Below are positions 9,689-24,422 of a DNA stretch of 64,000 nt, piece after piece. Source of the DNA: Nitrospirota bacterium (lineage in GTDB: Bacteria > Nitrospirota > JACRHJ01); assembly GCA_021789495.1 (NCBI GenBank), contig JAJYJM010000001.1, positions 4,018-68,017 of the forward strand. The letters are read 5' to 3'. Under the pieces are notes generated by a model. That model worked only from the letters and a program-made list of their open reading frames with translations. It ran no database searches and was not told the DNA's origin. The translations under genes and the position numbers were made by a program. How positions within the stretch are numbered: the first letter of the stretch is position 1; each line of letters opens with the position of its first letter.

Positions 9689-11093
9689 TATTCCCTCTGT
9701 GAGCGCCGCCCATACGTTCGTATTTTTTAAAATCGAAATTAGGGCTGCGATATTCGTCGTGACATCTCGTGCAGACCTTTTCCTTCACATGGACAGGCGG
9801 GACGTTATAAGGATCCAGGTAGTTCCCCGGTCTCTCGTAGTTGTAATGCAGTCCACCCGCCCCGTGGCAGTCCTCGCAGGTGACGTTCCTTAAGTCCGTC
9901 CTTCCGCCCTTTGCCTTGTCTCCGTAGCCGGTGGGATAACCATACCCCGTGACGTGGCAAGGCAGGCACTCCGGGTCGTACTGGTCGCCCGTCTTCACCA
10001 GCGCGGAAAAAGCCCTCGCGTGTTTCGTCGAAGACCAGTTATGGTAGCTCCGCGCATGACATTTTTCGCACCTGTCAGGCCCGGCGAAATAGCCCTTCAG
10101 GCCGGTCATGTCCGTGAAAGCGAATTCTTTCTTCTTAAGCTCCTGCCTGTACTCGGCCAGAAGTTTCTCTACATCCGGGTCCGGCAGAATATCCTCCCCC
10201 AGGCGCACCGCTTTATATTTATAGCTTTTTATTTTTTTGTTCCCTTTTTTAAGCCACAGGTCGAGCCTGCCTATGAGCTTTCCCTCGTAGAAACCCTTCA
10301 CGACAATTGTATCGCCATACCGAAGCGGTTTCTTGAGTATACCGCCGTCGTCCCCAAATATTACCACGTCCGCGCCGGATTCGGCTGCGAATTTTTTCTG
10401 GTCGGAGACGCTTAAGTGCGCGAGGAGCACGACAATATCGGCCTTTTTCCGCAAGGCCCGAACCTGGCGCCTCGCCGCCGCAAGCGAGTTTTCGACCCTG
10501 AACCGCTTGAAGATGGACGGGAACGTCCCGTACGGGAATTTGTCGTCGATGACGCCGGTTATCCCGACGGTTACAGGCCCGACTTTCTTTATCATGGAGC
10601 CTTGAAACGCCAGTCCGGAGGCGGTATAAAGATTGGCGCAGATTAGCCTGTCGCCGGCTTCCCCGGCGTTATTTTTAAGCAGACCAAGCCCGAACTCAAG
10701 GTCGTATTCGCCGGGCAGTATGGCGTCGTATCCGGAAATTTTCATCGCCTTCATAAGCACGGAGGACTTGAGATTATAAAACGGCTTCCTGTCCCTGGGG
10801 TCGTCCAGGCCGTCGAAGAGCGTATCGCCCGCATCGAGCACGAGCGTTCTTTTGTTCCTGTGTGATTTTATATAGCTCGCCCTTGCGGAGAGGCCGCCCA
10901 GCTGACCGTCGGTGCAGCCGCAGCGTCTTATCATCCCGCGCGTGTCGCTGGAGAAGAATATCGTAATGCCTGGGCTTGACGCGGCATGGACGGCAACGGG
11001 AGCGGTAAACAGCAGGAACAGGATAATTCCGAAGCCGATTGACCGGCTAAGCCTGAACCTGACCGATGATATGGCGCGCGTGGTCGATTCCAT
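9678..11093 (-). CDS. Exported UshA/5'-nucleotidase-like domain fused to tetraheme cytochrome c554-like domain
   Basis: Signal peptide; CGC..GQLGG, LDAGD, LAHL; four CxxCH motifs (CEKCH, CLPCH, CEDCH, CTRCH); start uncertain (overlaps pyrD 3' end). Confidence 0.8.
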   Translation of the reverse strand: MESTTRAISSVRFRLSRSIGFGIILFLLFTAPVAVHAASSPGITIFFSSDTRGMIRRCGCTDGQLGGLSARASYIKSHRNKRTLVLDAGDTLFDGLDDPRDRKPFYNLKSSVLMKAMKISGYDAILPGEYDLEFGLGLLKNNAGEAGDRLICANLYTASGLAFQGSMIKKVGPVTVGITGVIDDKFPYGTFPSIFKRFRVENSLAAARRQVRALRKKADIVVLLAHLSVSDQKKFAAESGADVVIFGDDGGILKKPLRYGDTIVVKGFYEGKLIGRLDLWLKKGNKKIKSYKYKAVRLGEDILPDPDVEKLLAEYRQELKKKEFAFTDMTGLKGYFAGPDRCEKCHARSYHNWSSTKHARAFSALVKTGDQYDPECLPCHVTGYGYPTGYGDKAKGGRTDLRNVTCEDCHGAGGLHYNYERPGNYLDPYNVPPVHVKEKVCTRCHDEYRSPNFDFKKYERMGGAHRGNNGP

Positions 11094-11982
11094 TTTCAAT
11101 CAGATACCTTTCTATCCCGGCGATTATCTCCACCGGGGCGAGCGGGTTTACGAAATTGGCCGTGCCCGCGGCCACAGCCGTCGCTCCCGCAAGCATGAAC
11201 TCCAAGGCGTCGGAGGCGTCCATTATGCCCCCCATGCCGATAATCGGAAGCCCCACGGCGCGGTAAACCTGCCATACAATCCGCACCGCGACGGGCCTGA
11301 TTGCCGGGCCGGAAAGCCCGCCGGTGATGTTGGCTATCTTCGGCTTCCTGCTTTTTATGTCTATTGCCATCCCAAGAAGCGTGTTTATGAGCGAGAGCGC
11401 GTCCGCCCCGGCATGAGCCGCCCTGTCGGCGAACGGCACGACGTCCGTCACATTGGGAGACAGTTTCGCTATTACCGGCAGGGAGGTTGCATTGCGCACG
11501 GCCTTGATAACGTCATACGTAGCCTCCAGGTCCGTCCCGAACGCCATACCGCCATTTTTCACGTTCGGGCATGATATGTTCACTTCGATGGCGTGCACGC
11601 CCTTCGCGCGGTCGAGCCTTGCAGTAACGGCCTCGTATTCCTCGACGGTATTTCCGAAGATATTCGCTATGACCTTCGTATCGAAACCGGCCAGAAACGG
11701 AAGCTTCTTCTCTATGAACTCGTCCACGCCTACGTTCTGGAGGCCGATGGCATTCAGCATCCCGGAGGGCGTCTCGCAGAGCCTGGGCGGCGGATTGCCC
11801 TGCATGGGCTTAAGCGACAGGCCCTTTGTCGTTATCCCGCCGAGCAGGGAGAGGTCGAAATACTTCGAGTATTCCTCGCCGTATCCGAACGTCCCGGAAG
11901 CCGTGATGACCGGATTCTTCAGCGTCAACGGGCCGAGCTTAACCGCGAGAGAAGGTTTTATTGGGGTTAGGGTTTTTACCAT
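11047..11982 (-). CDS. pyrD: Dihydroorotate dehydrogenase B catalytic subunit
   Basis: ASGTFGYG, NAIGLQN, NISCPNV, KLSPN, GGLSGPAI. Confidence 0.93.
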   Translation of the reverse strand: MVKTLTPIKPSLAVKLGPLTLKNPVITASGTFGYGEEYSKYFDLSLLGGITTKGLSLKPMQGNPPPRLCETPSGMLNAIGLQNVGVDEFIEKKLPFLAGFDTKVIANIFGNTVEEYEAVTARLDRAKGVHAIEVNISCPNVKNGGMAFGTDLEATYDVIKAVRNATSLPVIAKLSPNVTDVVPFADRAAHAGADALSLINTLLGMAIDIKSRKPKIANITGGLSGPAIRPVAVRIVWQVYRAVGLPIIGMGGIMDASDALEFMLAGATAVAAGTANFVNPLAPVEIIAGIERYLIENGIDHARHIIGQVQA

Positions 11983-12821
11983 ATTATATCGTCCGCATCG
12001 AATACAGGCCCGTCGTCGCAGACCTTCTTGTATACGCTGCTTCCGTTCCCGCCGTCGAGCACGCTTATCACGCAGCCCATGCACGCTCCGATACCGCACG
12101 CCATGTTCGATTCCATAGAGGTGTAATTCTTGATCCCGTATTTCTTCGCCATTGCCGCGACGCTTATGAGCATGGCCTTCGGCCCGCAGGAATAAACCGC
12201 CCAGCCGCAGACGGTAGACCGTCCGCAGGCGTCCTTGCGCATATGCTCGCGGATGTAATCGTCCAGCACATGGGTTATCAGGCCCTTACGTGGCAGGCTC
12301 CCGTCCTCGGTCGCCGTGAATGTCTCGATTCTCTTCCGCCGGAACTCGTCCGCGCCAAGGACGTATTCCCTGCTCCTGCCGCCGATGAACGCGGCGGCGG
12401 TAATGTCTTGTCGTTCGTCCGAGATATAATCCGCAAGGGCCATGAGCGGCGCAACGCCTATCCCGCCGCCGACTATCAGCGCGTGTTTTATGCCCGTAGG
12501 TATGGGAAAACCGTTTCCGAGCGGCCCCAGGACGTCGAGCTCGTCTCCGGGGATAAGCCGCGAGAGAAGAGCCGTGCCCCTTCCGGACTGCCTGTACAGA
12601 AAGCGCACGGAGTCATCCGTTAGCTTCCTGTGCAGGCTGAGCGGACGCCTCAGGAGCGGGTCGGTGGACTGCCCGACCTTCAACATGTAGAACTGGCCGG
12701 GGACGGCTGGCCGCCCGGCTGCCGGTCGACCGGCTTCATGCAGACCTATGCCTTCGGCCTCAATGTCCACGAGGAAATAGCCGGAGGTAAGCTCCTCGTT
12801 CTTCCTGATGCGGGCTATCAT
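11976..12821 (-). CDS. pyrK: Dihydroorotate dehydrogenase electron transfer subunit
   Basis: PGQF, LRRPLS, GPLGNGF, GGGIGVAP, CGP, MACGIGACMGC, VCDDGPVF. Confidence 0.9.
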   Translation of the reverse strand: MIARIRKNEELTSGYFLVDIEAEGIGLHEAGRPAAGRPAVPGQFYMLKVGQSTDPLLRRPLSLHRKLTDDSVRFLYRQSGRGTALLSRLIPGDELDVLGPLGNGFPIPTGIKHALIVGGGIGVAPLMALADYISDERQDITAAAFIGGRSREYVLGADEFRRKRIETFTATEDGSLPRKGLITHVLDDYIREHMRKDACGRSTVCGWAVYSCGPKAMLISVAAMAKKYGIKNYTSMESNMACGIGACMGCVISVLDGGNGSSVYKKVCDDGPVFDADDIIW

Positions 12822-12823
12822 CG

Positions 12824-13303
12824 CTACTCCTCGAAAAATATTTCCAGAATTTCGTAGTCCACAGTCCCCGCCGGAATCCTGCACGTAACGACATCGCCGA
12901 CGGCGTGTCCTATCAGGGATTTCCCGACCGGCGAGAGAACGGAAATCTTGCCCTCCTTTAAATCAGCCTCGTCCGTGCCGACTATGGTGTAGCGTTTTTC
13001 CTCCTCGGATTCCTGATCGAGAAGGACAATTGTCGCGCCGAAGACGACCTTTTCGTTGGAGAGCCTGCTTGTGTCTATAACCTGCGCTGCAACGAGCTTT
13101 CCCTGGAGTTCCTGCATCCGGCCCTCTATGAAACCCTGGCGCTCTTTTGCGGCGTGATATTCCGCGTTTTCGGAGAGGTCTCCGTGTCCCCTCGCCTCTT
13201 CTATGTCTCTTATATTTTTGGGCCGCTCCACCTTGCGGAGCCGCTCCAGTTCATCCTGGAGCTTTATGTAGCCCTTCTTCGTCATTGGAATTTTCTCAGC
13301 CAT
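12824..13303 (-). CDS. greA: Transcription elongation factor GreA
   Basis: HGDLSENAEYHAAKE, ISVLSPVG. Confidence 0.95.
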   Translation of the reverse strand: MAEKIPMTKKGYIKLQDELERLRKVERPKNIRDIEEARGHGDLSENAEYHAAKERQGFIEGRMQELQGKLVAAQVIDTSRLSNEKVVFGATIVLLDQESEEEKRYTIVGTDEADLKEGKISVLSPVGKSLIGHAVGDVVTCRIPAGTVDYEILEIFFEE

Positions 13304-13331
13304 TGTTTTTCTTAATCTCTCCTTTCGGGGC

Positions 13332-16537
<3,206 letters not shown>

Positions 16538-16538
<1 letters not shown>

Positions 16539-17449
16539 TACACGTGCTCCTGGACCCAGCCCTCGTATAGTCCGTAACGCTCCATTACGTCCTGCGCGGC
16601 CAGGTATTCTTTCTCTGTTATCTTCCTGTCTATCTCCGGGTAATCAGCCGCCTCGTAAGTCGGGAAATACTGGTCCATTAAACTGACGGCAACCTGCGGT
16701 GATAGCTCTTTCGCTATAAATTTCAGAACCTCTTCCGTCCCGGAAATATTCTCCGGAAGGACGAGGTGACGGATGATAAGCCCGCGCGCAGCCATACCGT
16801 CGCCGTCCGTTTTAAGAAGTCCGACCTGCCTGAACATCTCCATTATTGCCGCCCGGTTATATGAGGCGTATTTCCTTGCCTTTGAATATTTCTTTGCAAG
16901 CTCGTCGTTTGAATACCTCATATCCGGGAGATATATGTCTACTACGCCGTCCAGGAGCCGAAGCGCCGGCAAGGATTCATACCCGCTCGTGTTATAGACG
17001 ATGGGGATATTGAACCCGCCTTCGACTGCGATAACCAGCGCCTCAAGAATCTGCGGCATGTAGTGCGTCGGCGTTACGAGGTTTATATTGTGCGCGCCTC
17101 GCCCCCGAAGTTCCAGCATAATCTTCGCAAGCCCGGTCGCGTCGTATTCTACGCCGTTTCCTTTGTGGCTGATGGGCCAGTTCTGGCAGTAGGCGCACTT
17201 TAATGTGCAGTGGCTGAAAAATATCGTGCCGGAGCCGCGAGCGCCGGATATTGCCGGCTCCTCGCCGAAGTGCAGGTTATACGATGCAGCCTTCGCCTTC
17301 GCGCCCGCGCCGCACAGCCCCACCTGCCCTTCCAGCCTGTTCACCCCGCAGTCGTTCGGGCACAGGTCGCATTTCTCAAGACGCGCCAGCGCGGATGATG
17401 CGCGGGAATTAAGTTCGTCGATAGAAATATTCAAACAATTTGCTTTCAT
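16538..17449 (-). CDS. PflX-like radical SAM protein
   Basis: [47 protein letters not shown]. Confidence 0.85.
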
Positions 17450-17480
17450 CAGTGATTTGTATGTTACCCGCCGTGAACAT

Positions 17481-17517
17481 TGAAAGTCGCCGGGTTCCCG
17501 CTTTCGCGGGAATGACA
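17481..17517 (-). repeat. GTCATT-type REP-like element
   Basis: Minus strand TGTCATTCCCGCGAAAGCGGGAACCCGGCGACTTTCA matches 2784-2820 at 33 of 37 positions. Confidence 0.8.
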
Positions 17518-17530
17518 ATACAGATGGATC

Positions 17531-18676
17531 CTAATTCTTCACCTTCAGCTTCTCTATCTCCATCATGGCTATGAAGCGCTGGAAGAGATACGCCGAGTCG
17601 TGCGGGCCGGGGCTTGCCTCAGGATGATACTGCACGGAGAACGCCGGAAGATCCTTGTGCCTCATGCCCTCGACGGTATTGTCGTTTAAGTTCACGTGCG
17701 TAAGTTCTACCGTATCGGGCATGGTCTCCATGTCCACGGCGAATCCGTGGTTCTGCGACGTTATCTCTACCTTGCGGGTGCCGAGGTCCATGACAGGCTG
17801 GTTGGCGCCGTGGTGCCCGAACTTGAGCTTGTATGTCTTTCCGCCCAATGCTATGCCTAGCAGCTGATGCCCCAGGCAGATGCCGAATATAGGAACCTTG
17901 TCCAGCAGGGCCTTTATATTATCGACGGCGTACGTTACGGGCTCCGGGTCTCCGGGGCCGTTACTGAGAAGGACGCCGTCCGGCCTCAGGGCCATTACAT
18001 CCCGCCAGGAAGTTGTCGCCGGAACTACAGTAACCCTGCACGCAAGAGAGGAGAGTATCCGGAGTATATTCCTTTTTATCCCGAAGTCGTACGCGACGAC
18101 GTGAAGGGATGTATTTTTCGATTCGCCGTAGCCCTTCTCAATGTCCCACGTCGTCTGCCTCGTCTCGTACGGCTCCGCGCATGAGACCGCCTTTGCGAGG
18201 TCCTGGCTCGCCATAGAAGGCCGGGAGGCGGCTTTTTTTATCAGGCTCTCCGGATTGGTATCCACAGTGGAGATTACCCCCTGCTGGGCGCCGAAGTCCC
18301 TTATATGTTTAGTCAGGGCGCGCGTGTCTATCCCCTGTATGCTGACTATGTTATAGCTCTTTAGATAGCTGTCCAGGCTTCCCCTGTTCCGCCAGTTGCT
18401 GGGATACCCGCTGTATTCCTTTACGATAAACGCCTCCACCCAGGGCCTGCCGGATTCGACGTCCTCGGCGTTTACGCCGTAGTTCCCTATAAGGGGATAG
18501 GTCATCGTTACCATCTGCCCCTTATAGGAAGGGTCGGTAAGTATCTCCTGATAGCCGGCCATGGAGGTATTGAAGACCACCTCTCCGCCGGCCTCCCCAA
18601 TCGCGCCGAAAGAAACGCCCTCGAACCACGCGCCGTCGGCAAGGGCAAGAATTGCCTTTCTAATGCTTGAACTCAA
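17531..18676 (-). CDS. carA: Carbamoyl-phosphate synthase small subunit
   Basis: [40 protein letters not shown]. Confidence 0.96.
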   Translation of the reverse strand: MSSSIRKAILALADGAWFEGVSFGAIGEAGGEVVFNTSMAGYQEILTDPSYKGQMVTMTYPLIGNYGVNAEDVESGRPWVEAFIVKEYSGYPSNWRNRGSLDSYLKSYNIVSIQGIDTRALTKHIRDFGAQQGVISTVDTNPESLIKKAASRPSMASQDLAKAVSCAEPYETRQTTWDIEKGYGESKNTSLHVVAYDFGIKRNILRILSSLACRVTVVPATTSWRDVMALRPDGVLLSNGPGDPEPVTYAVDNIKALLDKVPIFGICLGHQLLGIALGGKTYKLKFGHHGANQPVMDLGTRKVEITSQNHGFAVDMETMPDTVELTHVNLNDNTVEGMRHKDLPAFSVQYHPEASPGPHDSAYLFQRFIAMMEIEKLKVKN

Positions 18677-19934
18677 TTTTTTTACCCTCGTGTATTGTCA
18701 TAACCGGCCATCCCTTCAGGACGAGACCGGAAAACGCGGTATTTTTCCCCTTGCTCAGCAGGATCTCCGGCCGGACGGTCTTTTCCGTTTCCGGGTCTAT
18801 AAGGACGATATCTGCGGGCGACCCGGGCAAAAGCGACGGCGGGGCCATACCGAGGGCCAGGGCCGGGTTTACGGTAAACTTCCTAAGCAGTTCAGCCATT
18901 GGGATAAGACCGGAATGCGCAAGGGCCATCGCAAGAGCCAGGGCCGTTTCCAGCCCGGAAATCCCGAAAGGGGCGAGGTCGAACTCCACGTCTTTTTCGG
19001 ATGCCGCATGCGGCGCGTGGTCTGTCGCTATAACGTCTATCGTGCCGTCTTCAAGCCCCCCGATTATCGCCTTCCTGTCCGCCTCCGTCCGGAGCGGGGG
19101 ATTAACTTTAAGGTATGTATTATATGACACAACTCCTTCATCGGTCAAGGTAAAATAGTGCGGGCAGGTCTCCGCCGTGACGCTTATACCCTCCGCCTTG
19201 GCGCGGCGAATCAGTTCGACGGAACCGGCAGTCGAGACGTGCGCGACATGGAGTCTTGCGCCCGTCAGCCTCGCCAGGGATATGTCCCTTGCGACCATGA
19301 CCTCCTCAGCCGCGGATGGTATCCCGCGCAGGCCCAGGCGTGCGGAAACCGCCCCCTCGTTCATAACGCCTCCGGCGGAAAGGGCCGGCTCTTCGCAATG
19401 CGAGATTATCGTTCTGCCGAATGTCTTGGCATACTCAAGCGCATGTCTCATCATCTCCGCATTGGCAACCGGCTTGCCGTCGTCGGAAAATCCTGTGCAG
19501 CCCGCCTCGGCCATCTCGCCCATCTCGGCAAGCTCCGTCCCCATTGAGCCTTTGGTTATCGCGCCAATGGGCAATACCTTGCAGAACCCGGCCTTTTTCG
19601 CCTGCCCGATGATGAATTCCGTGACGGAGCGGCTGTCGTTCACGGGGTTGGTGTTCGGCATACAGCAGATGGTCGTGAACCCTCCCGCCGCCGCCGCGCG
19701 CGCCCCGGATGCTATGTCTTCCTTGTACTCGAAGCCAGGTTCCCGGAGGTGGCAGTGCATGTCGATAAGCCCCGGCGCGACAATAAGGCCCCTGGCGTCG
19801 ATAACCTCTGAGCTGCTTGTTTTCTTTGTTTTGGGCGGCTGAATAATTTTATCGCCTTCGATATAAATATCCCGTATCCCGTCCATCCCGTTCGCCGGGT
19901 CGATTACCCTGCCGCCCCTGATTATCAGAGTCAT
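18660..19934 (-). CDS. pyrC: Dihydroorotase
   Basis: [28 protein letters not shown]. Confidence 0.95.
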   Translation of the reverse strand: MTLIIRGGRVIDPANGMDGIRDIYIEGDKIIQPPKTKKTSSSEVIDARGLIVAPGLIDMHCHLREPGFEYKEDIASGARAAAAGGFTTICCMPNTNPVNDSRSVTEFIIGQAKKAGFCKVLPIGAITKGSMGTELAEMGEMAEAGCTGFSDDGKPVANAEMMRHALEYAKTFGRTIISHCEEPALSAGGVMNEGAVSARLGLRGIPSAAEEVMVARDISLARLTGARLHVAHVSTAGSVELIRRAKAEGISVTAETCPHYFTLTDEGVVSYNTYLKVNPPLRTEADRKAIIGGLEDGTIDVIATDHAPHAASEKDVEFDLAPFGISGLETALALAMALAHSGLIPMAELLRKFTVNPALALGMAPPSLLPGSPADIVLIDPETEKTVRPEILLSKGKNTAFSGLVLKGWPVMTIHEGKKIEFKH

Positions 19935-20860
19935 ATTGCCCCCCTCCCCTCGGTCAGTAGGTATATAATTGCCATCCGCACTGCAACCCCGTTCGTTACC
20001 TGGTCGAGGATAACGGAATACGGCCCGTCCGCCACCTCCGTCGAGATTTCGACCCCGCGGTTTATAGGCCCCGGATGCATAATAATAACCCCTTCTTTCG
20101 CAAGCCGGACACGCTCCTGGTTCAGGCCGAAGAATCTCGAATATTCCCTGACGCCGGGGAAAAGCCCGCTTTTCTGCCGCTCCATCTGTATCCGGAGCAT
20201 CATAACGACGTCCGCGCCGTCGATTGCATCCTCCGGCCTGAAATAAACCTTCGCGCCCATTTTTTCAATATCGGCAGGTATGAGAGTCGCCGGGCCGCAT
20301 AAACGAACATTCGCACCCATCTTGTTAAGGCAGAGGATATTAGAGCGCGCGACCCTGCTGTGGGCGATGTCGCCGATTATGGCTATATTGAGCCCCTCGA
20401 CCCTCCCCAGCCGCTCTTTTATGGTAAACAAATCGAGGAGCGCCTGGCTCGGGTGTTCGTGAGAGCCGTCGCCCGCATTTATTACGGAACTTTTAAGCGC
20501 TTTGGCGAGTATCATGGGCGCGCCGGACATTGAGTGCCGGACGATTATCATGTCCGAGTTCATCGCCTCGATATTGCGCGCCGTGTCGAGCAGCGTCTCG
20601 CCCTTCACGACGCTGCTTGTGGAAGACGATATGTTTATGATGTCGGCGGAGAGCCTCTTTGCCGCAAGCTCGAAGGACGTCCTTGTCCGGGTCGAGGGCT
20701 CGAAGAAAAGGTTTACAATCGTCCTGCCCCTCAGCGCCGGGACCTTCTTGATGTCCCTGGTAGAAACCTCCTTGAAGGATTCCGCCGTGGAGATAATCTC
20801 TTCTATCTCGGCTTTCTCAAGGTAATCTATCCCCAGCAGGTCTTTTTTCTTCAGGGCCAT
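19931..20860 (-). CDS. pyrB: Aspartate carbamoyltransferase catalytic subunit
   Basis: [29 protein letters not shown]. Confidence 0.96.
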   Translation of the reverse strand: MALKKKDLLGIDYLEKAEIEEIISTAESFKEVSTRDIKKVPALRGRTIVNLFFEPSTRTRTSFELAAKRLSADIINISSSTSSVVKGETLLDTARNIEAMNSDMIIVRHSMSGAPMILAKALKSSVINAGDGSHEHPSQALLDLFTIKERLGRVEGLNIAIIGDIAHSRVARSNILCLNKMGANVRLCGPATLIPADIEKMGAKVYFRPEDAIDGADVVMMLRIQMERQKSGLFPGVREYSRFFGLNQERVRLAKEGVIIMHPGPINRGVEISTEVADGPYSVILDQVTNGVAVRMAIIYLLTEGRGAI

Positions 20861-20866
20861 TTGAGT

Positions 20867-21418
<552 letters not shown>

Positions 21419-21437
21419 TTAACCTCTGCACGAAAGC

Positions 21438-21535
21438 AAAAAAAAAGCCTCCCACGTAATTTTGGGATGCTCCGTTATTGAAACTCGCCTGCCATATCAG
21501 CCCCCCTTTTTAGCCTCGCCGGGCTATGTTAAAGG
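21438..21535 (-). promoter_or_regulatory. PyrR-binding attenuator leader (binding loop plus intrinsic terminator)
   Basis: Minus strand CCTTTAACATAGCCCGGCGAGGCTAAAAAGG (21505-21535) fits the PyrR binding-loop consensus; downstream AGCATCCCA...TGGGAGGCT followed by a U-tract (21438-21471). Confidence 0.85.
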
Positions 21536-21544
21536 TCGGCTATT

Positions 21545-21573
21545 AAACTACCCTATCCTGAGGCGCATGTCAA
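21545..21573 (-). promoter_or_regulatory. Sigma70-type promoter of pyr operon
   Basis: TTGACA-17 nt-TAGTTT just upstream of the PyrR leader. Confidence 0.7.
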
Positions 21574-21579
21574 GGCAAA

Positions 21580-21945
21580 TCAGCGCTGTATTTTGCTGTT
21601 CATGGAATCGATGGAAAAAGGAAACTCCCGTTTTATTCCGTAGCCGTAGTCTACCTCTTCGCTCCAGGAAAACTTTATCTCGACGCTTCCGTCGCTGTTT
21701 CTGATAAACGAGATATCGCTTCTCTTTATCGGGAGGCCCAGGTCGTCTATCTTTTTCATAAGGTCTCCGATTATGACGTTGTCGCTGTCTATCGTTGCGA
21801 GGCTTAACTGCTGGGAGACTTCGTCGTCCAGGGCATAGTAGTGCATGTAGGGAGGTACGGTCTTGATGACGGCGTAGATCGCCACTATCCCTATGAGTAT
21901 ATAAAGTAATGTTGCGGCCTTGCCGCCGCCGCGGTTGTTAAGCAT
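21580..21945 (-). CDS. DUF4845-like membrane-anchored protein
   Basis: N-terminal TM helix after GGG; typical position downstream of lepB. Confidence 0.6.
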   Translation of the reverse strand: MLNNRGGGKAATLLYILIGIVAIYAVIKTVPPYMHYYALDDEVSQQLSLATIDSDNVIIGDLMKKIDDLGLPIKRSDISFIRNSDGSVEIKFSWSEEVDYGYGIKREFPFSIDSMNSKIQR

Positions 21946-21949
21946 TTTT

Positions 21950-22564
21950 TTATTTCACCAGGCGTCCTATCCTGTTCCACCGGACAGAGTCGTTGTTTGC
22001 GTCCCATGACCAGTAAATAATCATCGCCTTGCCGAGTATCTTGCTTTCGTCCACAAATCCCCAGAATCTGCTGTCGCGGCTCCTGTCCCGATTGTCGCCC
22101 ATCATAAAATACTCGTGCGGGGGGACGGTTACCGGGCCGAAATTGTCCCTCGGCTCCAGCGCTCTCGGCAATATCTCGCTGTCTTTGTGAATCGTATAAG
22201 GCTCGGTGAGGGGCTTGCCGTTAATGTATACCACCTTGTCGATAACCTGCACGACATCGCCGGGCATGCCGATCAGTCTCTTTATGAAGTCCACGGATTC
22301 TTTCTCAGGATATTTGAATACGATTATGTCTCCCCTTTCGGGCTTGCGGATAGTCAGTATTTTAATGTTCGTGAAGGGTATGCGCGTGCCGTAGAGGAAC
22401 TTGTTCACGAGGATGTGGTCTCCGACCAGTATCGTGTTCTTCATCGACCCTGACGGTATTTTGAACGCCTGCACGACGAAAGTCCTTATGAAAAGCGCAA
22501 GGACCGCCGCGACGATAATTGCTTCCGCGTACTCCCGGAATACCGACTTCTTTTTCGCTGACAA
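21950..22564 (-). CDS. lepB: Signal peptidase I
   Basis: IPSGSM, DFIKR, GDNRDRSRDSRFWG. Confidence 0.95.
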   Translation of the reverse strand: MSAKKKSVFREYAEAIIVAAVLALFIRTFVVQAFKIPSGSMKNTILVGDHILVNKFLYGTRIPFTNIKILTIRKPERGDIIVFKYPEKESVDFIKRLIGMPGDVVQVIDKVVYINGKPLTEPYTIHKDSEILPRALEPRDNFGPVTVPPHEYFMMGDNRDRSRDSRFWGFVDESKILGKAMIIYWSWDANNDSVRWNRIGRLVK

Positions 22565-22582
22565 TTTAGGTTACCTCCGATG

Positions 22583-24382
22583 TTAATCCTTTACCTTTAA
22601 TACCGCAAGGAACGCCTCCTGCGGCACCTCAACGGAACCGAGCTGCTTCATCTTTTTCTTCCCCTCCTTCTGCTTTTCAAGGAGCTTTCTCTTTCTGGTT
22701 ATGTCGCCGCCGTAGCACTTTGCGATTACATCCTTGCGAAGCGGCCTGACTGTCTCCCTGGCGATTATCTTGGAGCCTATCGCCGCCTGTATCGCCACCT
22801 CGAAAAGCTGCCGGGGTATCAACTCCTTCAGCTTAACCGCCAGTTCCCTGCCGCGCATGACCGCCTTGTCCTTGTGAGTTATCAGGGAAAGCGCGTCCAC
22901 GCCCTCGCCGTTCAATAATATGTCGAGCTTGACCAGGTCCGATTCCCTGTATCCGATGAAGTCGTAATCCAGTGATGCGTAGCCCCGGCTGACGGACTTC
23001 AGCCTGTCATAGAAATCCAGGACTATCTCGTTTAACGGCAGTTCGTAGGCTATCATCGAGCGGTCACGGTCCAGGTAGCTCAGGTCTTTCTGGATTCCCC
23101 GCCTCTCCTGGCACAGCGAGAGTATGGAGCCGATATACTCGTTCGGGACCATTATTGTCGCCAGTATGAAAGGTTCCTCCATCTTCTCAATCTTCTGGAG
23201 GTCGGGGAGTTTCGCGGGGTTGTCCACCATGACGACTTCCCCGTCCGTTTTCGTAATCCTGTAGACGACGGTGGGGGCGGTGGAAAGGAGGGACAGAGCG
23301 AACTCGCGCTCCAGGCGCTCCTGAATAATCTCCATGTGCAATAGCCCCAGGAACCCGCAGCGGAAACCGAATCCCAGCGCAAGCGAGGTCTCCGGCTCAT
23401 ACGAGAAAGAGGAGTCGTTGAGCCTGAGCTTTTCAAGGGCGTCCCGGAGGTCTTCGTACTGCTGCGTGTCCGTGGGATAAAGCCCGCAGAAGACCATCGG
23501 CTTTACCTCGCGGTAGCCCGGAAGCGGCTCCGGCGCGGGCCTGTCGGCAAAGGTGATTGTATCGCCTATTTTTGAGTCCTGCACCCTCTTTATCCCCGCT
23601 ATGATATAGCCTACGTCGCCCGCGGTAAGCTGTTCCGTCTTTATCAGTTTCGGGGTCGAATATCCTACCTCCATGACCTCTAATACCTTGTTATTCGAGA
23701 AAAGCTTTATCTTCGTCCCCTTGCCGACGCGCCCATCAACAACTCTCACCAGCACAACCACTCCCTGGTAGTTGTCGAACCAGGAGTCGAATATCAGGGC
23801 CTTTAATGGCGCGTCCGGGTCGCCCTGCGGGGGGCTGATTTTCTCCACCACCGCTTCGAGCGTCTCCCGTATCCCGATGCCTTCCTTCGCGCTTACGGGT
23901 ATCGCCTGGGAGGCGTCCAGGCCGATGACGTCCTCTATCTCCGTCCGCACGCGCTCGATGTCCGCGCTCGGAAGGTCTATCTTATTTATAACCGGGATTA
24001 TCTCAAGGTCGTTGTCTATGGCGAGGTATGCGTTCGCAAGCGTCTGTGCCTCCACGCCCTGCGAGGCGTCCACCACCAGAAGCACCCCTTCGCACGCGGC
24101 GAGGCTCCGGGAAACTTCGTAGGTAAAATCCACGTGTCCCGGCGTGTCGATAAGGTTCAGGATGTAGTCCTTCCCGTCCGCGGCCCGGAAGTTTATCCTT
24201 ACGGCATGGGCCTTTATGGTTATGCCGCGCTCGCGCTCAAGCGGCATGTCATCAAGGACCTGGTCTTCCATCTCGCGGGAACTGAGCGCGCCCGTAAGTT
24301 CGAGGATCCTGTCTGCCAGCGTGGACTTGCCGTGGTCTATATGCGCAATAATGCTGAAATTTCTTATATTCTGGATTTTCAT
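22583..24382 (-). CDS. lepA: Elongation factor 4
   Basis: [41 protein letters not shown]. Confidence 0.98.
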   Translation of the reverse strand: MKIQNIRNFSIIAHIDHGKSTLADRILELTGALSSREMEDQVLDDMPLERERGITIKAHAVRINFRAADGKDYILNLIDTPGHVDFTYEVSRSLAACEGVLLVVDASQGVEAQTLANAYLAIDNDLEIIPVINKIDLPSADIERVRTEIEDVIGLDASQAIPVSAKEGIGIRETLEAVVEKISPPQGDPDAPLKALIFDSWFDNYQGVVVLVRVVDGRVGKGTKIKLFSNNKVLEVMEVGYSTPKLIKTEQLTAGDVGYIIAGIKRVQDSKIGDTITFADRPAPEPLPGYREVKPMVFCGLYPTDTQQYEDLRDALEKLRLNDSSFSYEPETSLALGFGFRCGFLGLLHMEIIQERLEREFALSLLSTAPTVVYRITKTDGEVVMVDNPAKLPDLQKIEKMEEPFILATIMVPNEYIGSILSLCQERRGIQKDLSYLDRDRSMIAYELPLNEIVLDFYDRLKSVSRGYASLDYDFIGYRESDLVKLDILLNGEGVDALSLITHKDKAVMRGRELAVKLKELIPRQLFEVAIQAAIGSKIIARETVRPLRKDVIAKCYGGDITRKRKLLEKQKEGKKKMKQLGSVEVPQEAFLAVLKVKD

Positions 24383-24393
24383 GCGAATTTAGA

Positions 24394-24422
24394 ATTTTAT
24401 ACTGAATTTATTCTAAAGTCAA
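24394..24422 (-). promoter_or_regulatory. Sigma70-type promoter upstream of lepA
   Basis: TTGACT-17 nt-TAAAAT. Confidence 0.6.

Noticed and set aside
10900..10935. Selenocysteine recoding in the UshA-like protein
   Set aside because: Both motif codons are TGC; the ORF has no in-frame TGA
17450..17518. N-terminal extension MSFPRKREPG of the PflX ORF
   Set aside because: Translation of an intergenic REP; the ATG at 17449 is the more plausible start
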